DNA of 64,000 bases from Novosphingobium sp. (GCA_037384205.1 JARROF010000010.1:1978-65977), one strand, 5' to 3'. Numbered from the stretch's first letter, positions 19,154 through 29,328 are shown. The notes: generated by a model from the letters alone, not told the origin. Numbers and translations: made by a program.

Positions 19154-20285
19154 TCAAGCAATACCGCCATTTTGGAGGAGGAACACGCGGATCTCGTCTC
19201 CCGGCATGCCTTCGGGAGCCGAAGCCTCGCGGTCGATCAGCACATTGCTGAGTGCTAGCGCGGAGACCGCGCCGCTGTCCTGAATGGTCTGGGGTACTGG
19301 GCAGGGCGTAGCGCGCGCCGAGCATCCGGCGCAGCAGCGGCAGCATGAAATGATAGGCGGTTACAAAGCTCGATACCGGATTGCCGGGAAGGCCCATCAC
19401 GATCTGCGGTCCCGTCCGGCGGTCACGGCGGGCCACAAGGATCGGTTTGCCTGGCTTGATCGCTACACGCCAGAAATCGAGCGAGGCGCCCCAAGCCTCC
19501 AGCGCCGGGCGCACCAGATCGTGCTCGCCGACAGAGGCGCCACCGCTGGTGACGATCACATCCGCATGGTGAGCAGCGTCGAATGCGCCGGTTAGTGCAT
19601 CGAGCGTGTCGGCGACCGGGCCGCTGCGCCAGGCATCGACGGGAAGCTTGCGCGCCATCGCAAGCAGCATCGCGCCATTGCTGGCGGGGATCTGGTGCGG
19701 CGCACACGTCTCGGGATCGGCGGAGAGTTCATCGCCGCTATCGATCACGGCCACGCGCGGCTTGCGGCAGACCGGCAAGTGCTTGTGTCCGGCGGCAATG
19801 GCCAGTGCGGCATCCGCCGGGCCGATCAGCGAGCCGGCGGCAATCACTTCGTTGCCCTGCATGAAATCGAGGCCGCAGCGCCGGATGTGCTTGTGCGAGG
19901 GAACGGGTGCCTCGCCGACCAGCGTGATATGATGGTCTTGGCGAGCAAGGTCTTCTTGCAGGATCACGGCCTCGGCACCTGCCGGAAGCAAGGCCCCGGT
20001 GGAGACCTGAACGGCCTGCCCGCTGCAGACTTCGCCTGTAAAGGGATGCCCGGCAGCACTTTCGCCTACGACTTTCCAGGGGCCCGCCATGTCATCGCCG
20101 GTCACGGCATAGCCGTCCATGGCGGAAAGATCGGCCGCGGGCTGGGTGCGGCGGGCCAGTAGCGGTTCGGCCAGATAGCGGCCAATCGAGCCCTCGATAT
20201 CGACGTGCTCGACCGGTAGCGGGGTGGCGAGGGCAAGCAGGTGGGCCTGCGCCTCTTCAAGCGGTACGGGCGGATCTTTGGTCAT
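19154..20285 (-). pseudogene. moeA: Molybdopterin molybdotransferase MoeA, apparently frameshifted with a shortened domain IV
   Basis: The N-terminal ~330 aa look like MoeA ('SAMDGYAV', 'VTSGGASVGEHD', 'GLPGNPVSS'). After '…LGARYALPSTP' the frame becomes R/P/S-rich nonsense that runs over the lexA promoter. A different frame encodes the expected C-terminus 'QDSGAVSALALSNVLIDREASAPEGMPGDEIRVFLLQNGGIA*', with its stop at 19154. Confidence 0.7.
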
Positions 20286-20767
20286 CAGGCGCGGGGCTCC
20301 CACGTCCAGTGTCCAGACTTGCCGCCGCGCTTTTCGATGAGGCGGATTTCGCCGATGACCATGGCTTTGTCGAGCGCCTTGGCCATGTCGTAGATAGTGA
20401 CGAGGGCCACGGACACCGCGGTGATTGCTTCCATTTCCACGCCCGTCCTGCCGGTGAGAGAAGCGGTGGCAGTGGCGCGGATCGCATTGTCCTCGAACGC
20501 GAAATCGATGTTTACCGCGTCAATGGCGAGCGGATGGCACATCGGGATGAGATCGCCGGTTTTCTTGGCGGCCATGATCCCGGCCACGCGCGCGGTGCCC
20601 AGCACATCGCCCTTGGGCGCATTGCCTGCGCGGATCGCTGCGAGAGCCTCGGCGCTCATGGCAATTAGGCCCGAGGCGACGGCGAGTCGCCGCGTCTCGG
20701 CCTTGGCGCCGACATCGACCATGCGGGCGGTACCCACGCTGTCGATATGCGTGAGGGACTGGCCCAT
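20285..20767 (-). CDS. moaC: Cyclic pyranopterin monophosphate synthase accessory protein MoaC
   Basis: 160 aa with typical MoaC sequence ('MVDVGAK', '[18 protein letters not shown]', 'IPMCHPL'). Its stop overlaps the moeA ATG (TGATG). Confidence 0.9.
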   Translation of the reverse strand: MGQSLTHIDSVGTARMVDVGAKAETRRLAVASGLIAMSAEALAAIRAGNAPKGDVLGTARVAGIMAAKKTGDLIPMCHPLAIDAVNIDFAFEDNAIRATATASLTGRTGVEMEAITAVSVALVTIYDMAKALDKAMVIGEIRLIEKRGGKSGHWTWEPRA

Positions 20768-20769
20768 GT

Positions 20770-21558
20770 TTACCCTTCCAGTAGCGCGCGGGTGGCCGCC
20801 TCTACATCGGGCTGGCGCATCAGGCTTTCACCGACAAGGAACGTGCGCGCGCCGCAATGCGAAAGGCGTTCGAGGTCGGCATGGGTGTTGATGCCGCTCT
20901 CTGCCACCAGCAGGGCACCTTCGGGGGCCAGCGGGGCGAGGCGTTCGGTCGTGGCGATATCGGTGACGAAGGTCTTGAGATTGCGGTTGTTCACGCCGAT
21001 CAGCCGCGATTTCAGGCGCGCGGCGCGTTCCATCTCGGCTTCGTTGTGCACTTCGACGAGGCAATCCATCCCGCGTTCGAGCGCAGCAGCCTCGATCTCG
21101 GCCATCAGTGTATCGTCCAGCGCGGCGACGATGATCAGGATGGCATCGGCGCCGATGGCGCGGGCCTCGGCCACCTGCCAGGGATCGACCATGAAGTCCT
21201 TGCGGATCACCGGGAGGGATACGGCCTCGCGGGCCTCCATCAGGTAGTCCTCATGCCCCTGGAAATAGGGCGCATCGGTCAGCACCGAGAGGCAGGCCGC
21301 GCCGCCGCGTTCATAGGCCGCGGCATGATCCGCCGGGCGGAAGTCGGGACGGATCAGGCCTTTGGACGGGCTCGCCTTCTTGATCTCCGCGATCAGCGCG
21401 AAGTGATCGGCGGCCCTGCGGCGCAGCGCCGTTTCGAACCCGCGCGGCGCGCTCTGGTGGGCGGCGTGGCTATCGAGCGTGCCGATCGAGGCGACGGCCT
21501 TGCGTTCCTCGACTTCCTCGCGCTTGGTTTCGCAGATCTCGGTGAGTTTGTCGGACAT
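20770..21558 (-). CDS. trpC: Indole-3-glycerol phosphate synthase
   Basis: '[15 protein letters not shown]', 'LSVLTD' and '[11 protein letters not shown]' motifs. 262 aa. Confidence 0.9.
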   Translation of the reverse strand: MSDKLTEICETKREEVEERKAVASIGTLDSHAAHQSAPRGFETALRRRAADHFALIAEIKKASPSKGLIRPDFRPADHAAAYERGGAACLSVLTDAPYFQGHEDYLMEAREAVSLPVIRKDFMVDPWQVAEARAIGADAILIIVAALDDTLMAEIEAAALERGMDCLVEVHNEAEMERAARLKSRLIGVNNRNLKTFVTDIATTERLAPLAPEGALLVAESGINTHADLERLSHCGARTFLVGESLMRQPDVEAATRALLEG

Positions 21559-21608
21559 GCCTGCGCTTTATGCGCGTGCGGGCATCAAGTCGAGAGGCGT
21601 GCGACGAT

Positions 21609-21691
21609 CCTTCGACAAGCTCAGGATTCGGCACCCCCCGTCGGCACCACGAGGCCTGTCTCCTCCCCGCTCACCCCGCGCCTGTCGAAGG
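21609..21691. repeat. Imperfect palindromic REP/MITE-like element in the trpD-trpC gap
   Basis: The terminal arms CCTTCGACAAGC (21609-21620) and GCCTGTCGAAGG (21680-21691) are inverted copies with one mismatch. The motif 'CCTTCGACA(A/G)GCTCAGG…' resembles a repeat family common in alphaproteobacterial intergenic DNA. Confidence 0.5.
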
Positions 21692-21700
21692 GGGTTGGCC

Positions 21701-22693
21701 TCAGGCCTGAACCGCGTCGATCCAGCAGTTGAGCAGGGCATTGGCAAGGCCCTTGTCGATAGCCTCTGCGGCTTCTTCCACGCCCTGCCGCCAGGTTTGC
21801 GCATCGCCCGCCACGATCAGCGCTCCGGCGGCGTTGAACAGCACGGCGTCGCGGTAGGGGCCGGGCTCGCCCTGGAGCAAGGCACGCAGTGCGGCGGCGT
21901 TGTATGTGGCATCGCCGCCCCGGATGGCCTCCACAGGGGCGGAAGGCAGCCCGGCATCCTGCGGGGCGATGCGGCGCATGGCCACTGCGCTTGCCTGTAC
22001 TTCGGCCAGTTCGTTGCCACCCGCGAGGCTGAGTTCGTCGAGCCCTTCGTCGCCCGAGACGACCATCGAATGGTCGGTGCCGAGGCGGGCGAGGGCTTCG
22101 GCGTAGATCGGCACATAGGCCGGGCGGGCAATGCCAACGAGTTGGCGGCGCACATTGGCTGGGTTGGCCAGCGGTCCCATCAGGTTGAAGATCGTGCGGC
22201 GGCCGATCGCCTTGCGGATCGGCATGATACGGCCCATCGCCGGATGGTGCTTGGCCGCGAACAGGAAGCAGATGCCGATGTCGTTCAGCGTCGCTTCGGC
22301 GGTTTCGGCGGCCCGATCGAGATTGAGGCCGAGCGCTTCGAGCGTATCGGCCGCCCCCGCCTTGGAGCTGGCAGCGCGGTTGCCGTGCTTGGCCACCGGC
22401 ACATCGCAAGCGGCCACGACCAGCGCCACGGCGGTCGATACGTTCAGCGTGTGGTGCCCGTCGCCGCCGGTGCCGCAGACGTCGATGGCGGTCGCGGGCG
22501 CTTCGACCGGGATCATCCGTGTGCGCATGGCCCGCGCGGCGCCGGCGATCTCGCTGGCGGTTTCGCCGCGCTCGGACAGGGCGATCAGGAACGCGGCGAC
22601 ATCGCTATCGGGCACTTGCCCGTCGAGAATCGCGCCGAATGCCGTTTCGGCCTCGGCTTCTTCCAGGGGATGAAGCGGATCGGGCAGGATCAT
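21701..22693 (-). CDS. trpD: Anthranilate phosphoribosyltransferase
   Basis: 'CGTGGDGHHTLNVSTA' and 'KHGNRAASS' motifs. I chose ATG 22693 ('MILPDPLHPLEE'). Confidence 0.9.
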   Translation of the reverse strand: MILPDPLHPLEEAEAETAFGAILDGQVPDSDVAAFLIALSERGETASEIAGAARAMRTRMIPVEAPATAIDVCGTGGDGHHTLNVSTAVALVVAACDVPVAKHGNRAASSKAGAADTLEALGLNLDRAAETAEATLNDIGICFLFAAKHHPAMGRIMPIRKAIGRRTIFNLMGPLANPANVRRQLVGIARPAYVPIYAEALARLGTDHSMVVSGDEGLDELSLAGGNELAEVQASAVAMRRIAPQDAGLPSAPVEAIRGGDATYNAAALRALLQGEPGPYRDAVLFNAAGALIVAGDAQTWRQGVEEAAEAIDKGLANALLNCWIDAVQA

Positions 22694-22704
22694 AGGCCCA
22701 TAGC

Positions 22705-23301
22705 TCACGCGGATAGCCGCTGCGGCAGCTTCGCGTCGATCCCGCACATCCGCAGGAAGTTCGCCAGCATGGCGTGGCCGTGCTCGGTCGCGATGCTTTC
22801 CGGATGGAACTGCACGCCGTGGATCGGCAGGGTTACATGGCGAAAACCCATGGCGTGGCCATCGTCCGAACGGGCATTGACCACCAGCGTCTCGGGAATG
22901 TCCTCGACGATCAGCGAGTGGTAGCGCGAGGCGGTGAAAGGAGAGGGTACGCCTTCGAACACGCCGGTATTGTCATGCGTGACCGGAGACGTCTTGCCGT
23001 GCATCAATCCGCCGCGCACGACCTTGCCGCCGAAATACTGGCCGATCGACTGGTGGCCGAGGCACACGCCGAGCAGCGGCTTTCCGGCATCGGCCGCTGC
23101 GCCCACCAGATCGAGGCTGATCCCCGCTTCATGGGGGGTGCAGGGGCCAGGCGAGATCAGGAAACCCTGCGCGCCGCTGGACAGGGCCTGCCCGGCGGAC
23201 ATGGCGTCGTTGCGCACGACTTCGACTTCGGCGCCCAGTTCCATCACGTAATGGACCAGGTTCCAGGTGAAGCTGTCGTAATTGTCGATGACGAGGATCA
23301 T
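22705..23301 (-). CDS. trpG: Anthranilate synthase component II (glutamine amidotransferase)
   Basis: '[16 protein letters not shown]' N-terminus, the catalytic 'GVCLGHQ', and 'HGVQFHPES'. Confidence 0.9.
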   Translation of the reverse strand: MILVIDNYDSFTWNLVHYVMELGAEVEVVRNDAMSAGQALSSGAQGFLISPGPCTPHEAGISLDLVGAAADAGKPLLGVCLGHQSIGQYFGGKVVRGGLMHGKTSPVTHDNTGVFEGVPSPFTASRYHSLIVEDIPETLVVNARSDDGHAMGFRHVTLPIHGVQFHPESIATEHGHAMLANFLRMCGIDAKLPQRLSA

Positions 23302-24134
23302 GAGCCGCCTTTCGCCGGTTTCTCGACAACGATCAAGGGGCCGAGCGGCGGACCGCCGTCAACGCGGCCGTGTTGCGGATCCCACAGCGAGGAAACGCTG
23401 CCATCGAGAAACAGCGCATTGGGGCAGTGCAGCGTGTCGCGGAAGTAGCGCGCGAGCTTGCCGAACGAAACCGGCTCGTCCGAAATCACGAAATGCGCGC
23501 GGCCCTTCGCGTCTACGCCGACCCCGTTGCGAAGCTTGAGCGATGTGCCGTCGGGGGCGATCTTCGGGTGCAGTTTGCCGTTTATCACCAGCATCGGGCC
23601 GGACTGCGTTCCGAAGTCCGGGCGGTTGGTGACTTTGGCGGCGAACGGACCGCTGGCAATCACGGCCCATGGCCCACCAGCCTTTCCGTAGAACACGCCG
23701 TTGGGCAGGACATGGAAATTGCCCGGCCCTTCATTGGTGTTGAGCTTTTTCAGCCTTTCGCCGTCCTCGACGTAATAGCCGATCGGTTGCCCATTGGCAT
23801 CGAACATCCCGCCGTTCATCGCGAAAGCGACGGCGTGGGCCTTGTCGGGCCGGTTCACCGCCAGCTGTGAAAGGCTGCGATAGGGCGCGCCGCCCTTGGG
23901 GCCGAGCACCATGTGGATCGTGTTGCGCCCCGGCACGGCGGTGCAATGGGTGAAGGCGGCGCCTTCGAAGGTGGCGCTTTCGCAGGGCGGCGGCGGGGCG
24001 GCTTTCTGCTCGTCGGAACTGGATGAGCAGGCTGTGAGGAGGACTGCTGATAATACGGCTGCTCTCCAGAACAGCAGCCTGCTTTTCCCATTTTCGTCAT
24101 CCCCGCGCAGGCGGGGGGCCAGTTGACGCATCAT
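23298..24134 (-). CDS. Phosphodiester glycosidase family (DUF2233/NAGPA-like) lipoprotein
   Basis: Lipobox 'LLTAC'. Motifs 'FAMNGGMF', 'GPMLVINGK' and '[10 protein letters not shown]'. The ATGA overlaps the trpG start. The start ATG (24134 or 24131) lies inside the loop of a palindromic repeat. Confidence 0.7.
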   Translation of the reverse strand: MMRQLAPRLRGDDENGKSRLLFWRAAVLSAVLLTACSSSSDEQKAAPPPPCESATFEGAAFTHCTAVPGRNTIHMVLGPKGGAPYRSLSQLAVNRPDKAHAVAFAMNGGMFDANGQPIGYYVEDGERLKKLNTNEGPGNFHVLPNGVFYGKAGGPWAVIASGPFAAKVTNRPDFGTQSGPMLVINGKLHPKIAPDGTSLKLRNGVGVDAKGRAHFVISDEPVSFGKLARYFRDTLHCPNALFLDGSVSSLWDPQHGRVDGGPPLGPLIVVEKPAKGGS

Positions 24135-24183
24135 CAACACGAGATGGCGGGAGATGGGTTCCCGCCTGCGCGGGAATGACGAA
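24093..24183. repeat. Palindromic REP/MITE-like element between trpE and the DUF2233 gene
   Basis: The left arm TTCGTCATCCCCGCGCAGGCGGGG (24093-24116) and the right arm TTCCCGCCTGCGCGGGAATGACGAA (24159-24183) are near-perfect inverted copies. The 'GTCAT(T/C)CCCGCGCAGGCGGG' motif is a widespread proteobacterial repeat. Confidence 0.65.
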
Positions 24184-24210
24184 GATTTTTGGCGTTGAGC
24201 AGGGGTATGG

Positions 24211-25722
24211 TCACTGCCCGAAACCCGTTTCCCCTGCCACGCGCACCGCTTCGCGCGCTGCGGCGAACAGGGCGCCGCTCTTGGCTTCGCATTCGCGCTG
24301 TTCGTAGGCTGGTTCGCTGTCGGCGACGATACCGGCGCCCGCCTGCACGTGGAGCACGCCGTCCTTGAGAACACCGGTGCGCAGCACGATGCACGAATCC
24401 ACCGAACCGTCCGGCGCGAAATAGCCAACGCCGCCCGCATAAGCGCCGCGCGTTTCGGGTTCGAGTTCGGCGATGATCTCGCAGGCGCGGACCTTGGGCG
24501 CGCCCGAGACCGTGCCCGCCGGGAAGCCGGCGAAGACCGCATCGATGGCATCGTGCTTTTCCGTGTCGAGCTGGCCGACTACGTTGGAGACGATGTGCAT
24601 CACATGGCTGTAGCGCTCGATCGTGTAGCTGTCGGTGACTTCGACCGTGCCCTTGGCGGCCACGCGGCCAACATCGTTGCGGCCAAGGTCCAGCAGCATC
24701 AGGTGCTCGGCGCGCTCCTTGGGATCGGTGAGCAGACTGGCCTCGTTCGCCTTGTCCTCTGCAGGCGTCTTGCCACGCGGGCGGGTGCCCGCGATCGGGC
24801 GGATGGTCACTTCGCCATCGCGCACGCGCACGAGGATTTCCGGGCTCGATCCCACCAGCGCGAAGCCGGGCAGGTCGAGGAAATAGAGGAACGGCGAGGG
24901 GTTTACGCGGCGCAAGCTACGGTAGAGCGCCAGCGGCGGCAGAGGAAAGTCGCAGGTGAAGCGCTGGGCCAGCACGACCTGAAAGATATCGCCCGCCTCG
25001 ATGTAGTCCTTCGCCTTGAGGACCATCGATTCGTAGTCCCCGGCAGGCATGACCGGGTTTTGCACCGGCTCCGGCAAATCCGCGAGCAGCGGCGATTCCG
25101 GCACCGGTGCGGTGAGGCGGCGCAGGGCCTCGTCGATACGCTCGGCAGCGGCTTCCACCACGCGCTTGGGTGTTCCCGCATCGGGCCAGAGCGGCGCGAC
25201 GCAGAACATCTCGTCGCTCAGCCGGTCGAACACGAGGATCAGCGAGGGGCGCACGAAGAGCATGTCGGGGAGGTCGAGCGCGCTCTGCTGCGCACGCGGC
25301 AGCTTCTCGACAAGGCCGATCGTCTCGTAGCCGAAATAGCCGACAAGGCAGGCCAGCGCCTTGGGCAGTTCGGCGGGCACATCGATGCGGCAGGCTTCCA
25401 CCAGTGCGCGCAGTTCGGCGAGGCTGTCGCCGGGCAGGGGAGCGAAGGCCTCATGGTCGAACCGCCACTTGCGGTTGATCTCGCAGGTGTGGCTGCTGGC
25501 GCGGAACACCAGATCGGGATCGAGCCCGATCAAGCTGTAACGCCCACGCGTTTCGCCGCCTTCCACCGACTCGAGCACGAAATCGCCGCGCCCGTCCTCG
25601 AAGAGCTTGAGGGCAGCCGCCACCGGTGTTTCCGTGTCGGCGACAAGTTTGCGCCATAACAACGCCGGCTTGCCCTGTTCGAGCTGTTCGAGAGCACTCG
25701 TCCGATCCGATTCGCGTTGCAT
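24211..25722 (-). CDS. trpE: Anthranilate synthase component I
   Basis: 503 aa with chorismate-binding domain motifs ('LESVEGG', 'GAYAGGVGYF', 'IVADS'). Confidence 0.95.
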   Translation of the reverse strand: MQRESDRTSALEQLEQGKPALLWRKLVADTETPVAAALKLFEDGRGDFVLESVEGGETRGRYSLIGLDPDLVFRASSHTCEINRKWRFDHEAFAPLPGDSLAELRALVEACRIDVPAELPKALACLVGYFGYETIGLVEKLPRAQQSALDLPDMLFVRPSLILVFDRLSDEMFCVAPLWPDAGTPKRVVEAAAERIDEALRRLTAPVPESPLLADLPEPVQNPVMPAGDYESMVLKAKDYIEAGDIFQVVLAQRFTCDFPLPPLALYRSLRRVNPSPFLYFLDLPGFALVGSSPEILVRVRDGEVTIRPIAGTRPRGKTPAEDKANEASLLTDPKERAEHLMLLDLGRNDVGRVAAKGTVEVTDSYTIERYSHVMHIVSNVVGQLDTEKHDAIDAVFAGFPAGTVSGAPKVRACEIIAELEPETRGAYAGGVGYFAPDGSVDSCIVLRTGVLKDGVLHVQAGAGIVADSEPAYEQRECEAKSGALFAAAREAVRVAGETGFGQ

Positions 25723-25740
25723 GCCGTGTGCCTTGCCGGG

Positions 25741-27690
25741 TCAGTTCGCAGAGCCGGTGCCAGCAAGCTGATTGCGCACGGCCTTGATCGCATTGGGGTG
25801 CTCGGTCACGCCCACATCCTTGCGGATCGCCTTGGCCAGCGCATCGCCATAGGCCTGACCCAGCTGCTGGCCGAGTTCACGGCGCGCGCCTTTTATGAGT
25901 TCATCGGATTCGACTTTGCCGGGTTCGATCTTCTTGAGCTGAACGACGAACCACACACGGCTCTCTGCGGCCGACTGCACTTTCACCGTACCCGTGGCCA
26001 TATGGAACAGCAGTGAAACAGGCGGCGGCACTTGCCTGCCCTGACGCAGAGCGTCAGCCAGTGTCGGGCGCGACATCGTGACGTTCTGCACCGGCGGCAA
26101 GGGCTTGCCGACACCCGCCAGCGCCTGTTCGATCGTCTTGCCCTTGCCGATCTCGGCCTGCATCTTGACCGCAGCGGCCCGAGCGGCCTTTGAGCCGGTG
26201 TCGATCTTCCAGGCTTCCTTCACGTCATTCTTGATTTCGGCCAGGGGCGCAGGGGCGGACTGCATGATGTCGGCCACATCGAACAGTATGAAAGTCTGAC
26301 CCGGAACGGCAGGTGCAACCTGCGGTTCTTCCTGGTCCATGGTGAAGGCTGTCGCCAGCACAGGCCTGACGTCATTGGGGACAGCCTCGCCGGGTTTCAT
26401 ATAGACTTGCCCGTCCGCCGTGACGGGGCCGGTCTTCCTGACTTCCAGGCCAAAGGCCTTGGCGACTTCGGGCAGGCTGGAGCCGTTGTCGAACTGGTCC
26501 TCGATATTGCCGGCCATATCAGTGAAGGCCTTGCGGCGCTTCTCCGTCATGATTTTCTCGGAAAGCTCGTCCTTGACGTCGGCGAGCGAACGGGCGGGCT
26601 TCTTCTGCTCTTCGTCGACCCGGATGACGTGCCAGCCCAGCGGGCTCTTTTGCGGTGTCGCGAGTTTGCCTACCGGCGCGGCGAAAACCGCAGCGGAGAC
26701 CGCTTTCGAGAATTGGTTGGCAAGGTCTTCCCGGCTGAAAAAGGCAAGACCGGCTGCCTTGAGGCCCTTTTCGGCCGCGGCGGCTTCAAGCGTCTTGCCG
26801 CCTTCGACTTCGGCGACGACAGCCTTGGCCGCGGCTTCGGTGGGAACGATCGTCTGGGTGATCCGGCGCCGGTCCTGCGCGGCGTAAATCGCCTTGTCCG
26901 TTTCGTAGCGGGCAGCGATTTCGGCGTCGGTGGGAGCGGCTGGTTCCCTGACCGAAGTCTTGTCGAACGTGGCGTAACGGATCACCCGGCGTTCCGGCCG
27001 GATGAAGGCGTCGGTATGGTTCTTGTAAAACGTGGCGAGCTGCTTGTCGGTCGGGTCCTTGTCCGGCGCGAAAGCGAGAGAGGGCAGGGCAGCCACGGCG
27101 CCGGTGCGCGTCTCGGTGAGCAGGGCGCCGTATTGCTTGGCCGCGAATGCCGGCATCACCGTGCCGGTGGTTGCGGGGGCCATCAGTTCCTGCGCGGTAA
27201 GGTTATGCGCGATGTCATCGCGCAGCGCCTTTTCGGAAATGCCCTGCTGGGCCAGCGCCTGGCGAAAGGTGTTCTGGTCGAACTTGCCGTCCACGCCCTG
27301 GAAGGCCGGAATCTGGGCGATTTCGCTGTCGATCAGGCGCTCGCTGGGCAGAACCTTATGCTTCTTGCCGAAAACGTAGAAGGCAGTCCGGTCGACGAGG
27401 TCGCTCAGCACTTGCTCCACGCCGCCCTGCGTGACCAGCAGCTTCATTGTCGCGGTAGGCTGTCGCTGCTTGACGCGTTCCAACGCACGACGTGCGCCTG
27501 TCGTCAATGCGGAGGCGTTGATATCGTCGTCGCCAACGGTTGCAACCGCATCGCCTGCGCTCAGGCCTGCCGAATTGCGCATCCCGGCGATATCTCCGCT
27601 GGCAAAGGCAATGGCAATGAGAACCAGCGCCGCCAGCGCGATGGTCGCGCCGATCTTGGATTTGAAGAAGTTTCTGAAGAATGAGAGCAT
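25741..27690 (-). CDS. PpiD-like periplasmic chaperone / SurA N-terminal domain protein
   Basis: N-terminal TM anchor 'MLSFFRNFFKSKIGATIALAALVLIAIAF' followed by a long periplasmic chaperone-like region. It has a parvulin-like segment ('GWHVIRV'). 649 aa. Confidence 0.8.
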   Translation of the reverse strand: MLSFFRNFFKSKIGATIALAALVLIAIAFASGDIAGMRNSAGLSAGDAVATVGDDDINASALTTGARRALERVKQRQPTATMKLLVTQGGVEQVLSDLVDRTAFYVFGKKHKVLPSERLIDSEIAQIPAFQGVDGKFDQNTFRQALAQQGISEKALRDDIAHNLTAQELMAPATTGTVMPAFAAKQYGALLTETRTGAVAALPSLAFAPDKDPTDKQLATFYKNHTDAFIRPERRVIRYATFDKTSVREPAAPTDAEIAARYETDKAIYAAQDRRRITQTIVPTEAAAKAVVAEVEGGKTLEAAAAEKGLKAAGLAFFSREDLANQFSKAVSAAVFAAPVGKLATPQKSPLGWHVIRVDEEQKKPARSLADVKDELSEKIMTEKRRKAFTDMAGNIEDQFDNGSSLPEVAKAFGLEVRKTGPVTADGQVYMKPGEAVPNDVRPVLATAFTMDQEEPQVAPAVPGQTFILFDVADIMQSAPAPLAEIKNDVKEAWKIDTGSKAARAAAVKMQAEIGKGKTIEQALAGVGKPLPPVQNVTMSRPTLADALRQGRQVPPPVSLLFHMATGTVKVQSAAESRVWFVVQLKKIEPGKVESDELIKGARRELGQQLGQAYGDALAKAIRKDVGVTEHPNAIKAVRNQLAGTGSAN

Positions 27691-28065
27691 GGACCGTGCC
27701 GATCAGCGATTGCCAGGGCGAAGCCTTGCCAGCTTCGCATGAAACGGGCGCAGGCTTTAGGGGGCCTTGACGCATCCTGCAATGCCCCCTTGCAAATGAG
27801 CATCGCCAAGGTGGACAATTCTTTCCAGGATGACATTGGAATGGCTGGATATGATGCCGGATCGGGGCGGGCTCGCAGCCGATGGAGCGCCCCAGGGGCT
27901 GGTTCGCGAGCGGACCGGCGCATACTTTACCCACCATTAAAATACCGGACAATGACTTTTGACAGGCGGGCATGGCTGCCTTAGCAGCGCCGCGACAGCG
28001 ATGGTTCCGATTCCCTCAACAGCGGGAAGCGGGCGGATTTCGCGCCGGATTGATAAAGGTTTGAA

Positions 28066-28824
28066 ATGGCTGGACTGCCTTACATTGTCGGGAACTGGAA
28101 AATGAACGGCACGCGCGCGATGCTCAATGAGGCGCGCGCGATTGACCGGGCGGCCGCACGCTTTCCCAAGGTGCAGGTCGCGGTCGCGCCGCCGGCTACT
28201 CTGATCTACCGCACGCGCGATGCGGTCGATATCATCGGCGTGGGCGGGCAGGATTGTCACGCCAAGGAGAGCGGGGCTTTCACCGGCGATATTTCCGCGG
28301 TGATGCTCAAGGATGCCGGTGCGGATTTCACGATCGTTGGCCATTCCGAACGGCGCACGCTCCATGGTGAGGGTGATGCAGACGTGAAAGCGAAGGCCGA
28401 GGCCGCGCTGGCAGCGGGCCTGGGTGTGATTTTGTGCGTGGGTGAGACGGAAGCCGAGCGGGATGCCGGACGGGCCGAAGCGGTCGTTGGCAGCCAGCTT
28501 GAAGGTTCCTGCCCGCAGAGCGACGGAGCGCCGGAAAAGCTGTCTGTCGCGTATGAGCCGGTCTGGGCGATCGGCACAGGCCGGGTGCCTTCGGTCGAGG
28601 ACGTGGCAACCATGCACAAGTCCATCCGCGACAAGCTTGTTGCCATCTACGGCGAGGGCGGTGCGGAAGTACGCATTCTCTATGGCGGCTCGGTAAAGGC
28701 CGATAACGCGTCAGAGCTGCTTGCAGTTCCCGAGGTTGGTGGCGCGCTTGTCGGCGGTGCCAGCCTTACCGCCGAGAGCTTCCTCGCCATTGTCGGTGCA
28801 GCGGCTTCGCTGGCCGGAGACTGA
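28066..28824 (+). CDS. tpiA: Triose-phosphate isomerase
   Basis: 'GNWKMNG', 'GHSERR' and 'AYEPVWAIGTG' motifs. Confidence 0.95.
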   Translation: MAGLPYIVGNWKMNGTRAMLNEARAIDRAAARFPKVQVAVAPPATLIYRTRDAVDIIGVGGQDCHAKESGAFTGDISAVMLKDAGADFTIVGHSERRTLHGEGDADVKAKAEAALAAGLGVILCVGETEAERDAGRAEAVVGSQLEGSCPQSDGAPEKLSVAYEPVWAIGTGRVPSVEDVATMHKSIRDKLVAIYGEGGAEVRILYGGSVKADNASELLAVPEVGGALVGGASLTAESFLAIVGAAASLAGD

Positions 28825-28944
28825 GCGTATTTTGTGCCGGGAGAAGACCATGCGGTTTCTCCCGGTGTTGCGCGGAGGCTTTCTTGAGCCTATCTGCGCC
28901 GCGAGTAATGCGGGCATCAGGCCCGCTGGAAGGCTGAGACGAAG

Positions 28945-29328
28945 ATGTTCCTTTTTCTGACCGTGGTTCAGGCGTTGATTGCAGCGGCTCTTGTCGCCGT
29001 GGTTCTCATGCAACAGTCGGAAGGGGGCGGTCTTGGCGTCGGTGGCGGCAGTCCGTCGGGCTTGATGTCGGCGCGCGGCGCGGCCAATTTCATGACCCGG
29101 GCGACCGGAATTCTGGCGACCCTGTTTGTGGTGCTCAGCATCGTTCTGGCCGCGCTGGCAGTGGATCAGACCACCGGGCGCGATATCGACACTTCGCTTC
29201 AGCGCAACACTGCTCCGGCCGATCCGCTCGCCGGCTCGGCCGATCAGGGTGCCGTGACTGCGGACAAGTCAGCTCCTGCCGAAAAGGCACCCGCTGACGA
29301 TCCGCTTTCCGGGGCTGCCAAGCAGTAA
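28945..29328 (+). CDS. secG: Preprotein translocase subunit SecG
   Basis: Two TM helices flank 'QQSEGGGLG…GLMSARGAANFMTR'. The position between tpiA and pyrG is conserved. Confidence 0.9.
   Translation: MFLFLTVVQALIAAALVAVVLMQQSEGGGLGVGGGSPSGLMSARGAANFMTRATGILATLFVVLSIVLAALAVDQTTGRDIDTSLQRNTAPADPLAGSADQGAVTADKSAPAEKAPADDPLSGAAKQ

Noticed and set aside
19017-20303. Reading the 428-aa track ORF as an intact moeA
   Set aside because: Its last ~90 residues are compositionally aberrant, overlap the lexA promoter and start codon, and replace a conserved C-terminus that is present in another frame. I therefore annotated it as frameshifted (19154-20285).
27739-27984. 81-aa ORF in the ppiD-tpiA divergent gap
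   Set aside because: It has poor codon bias, no SD and no motif. The region more plausibly holds the two divergent promoters.
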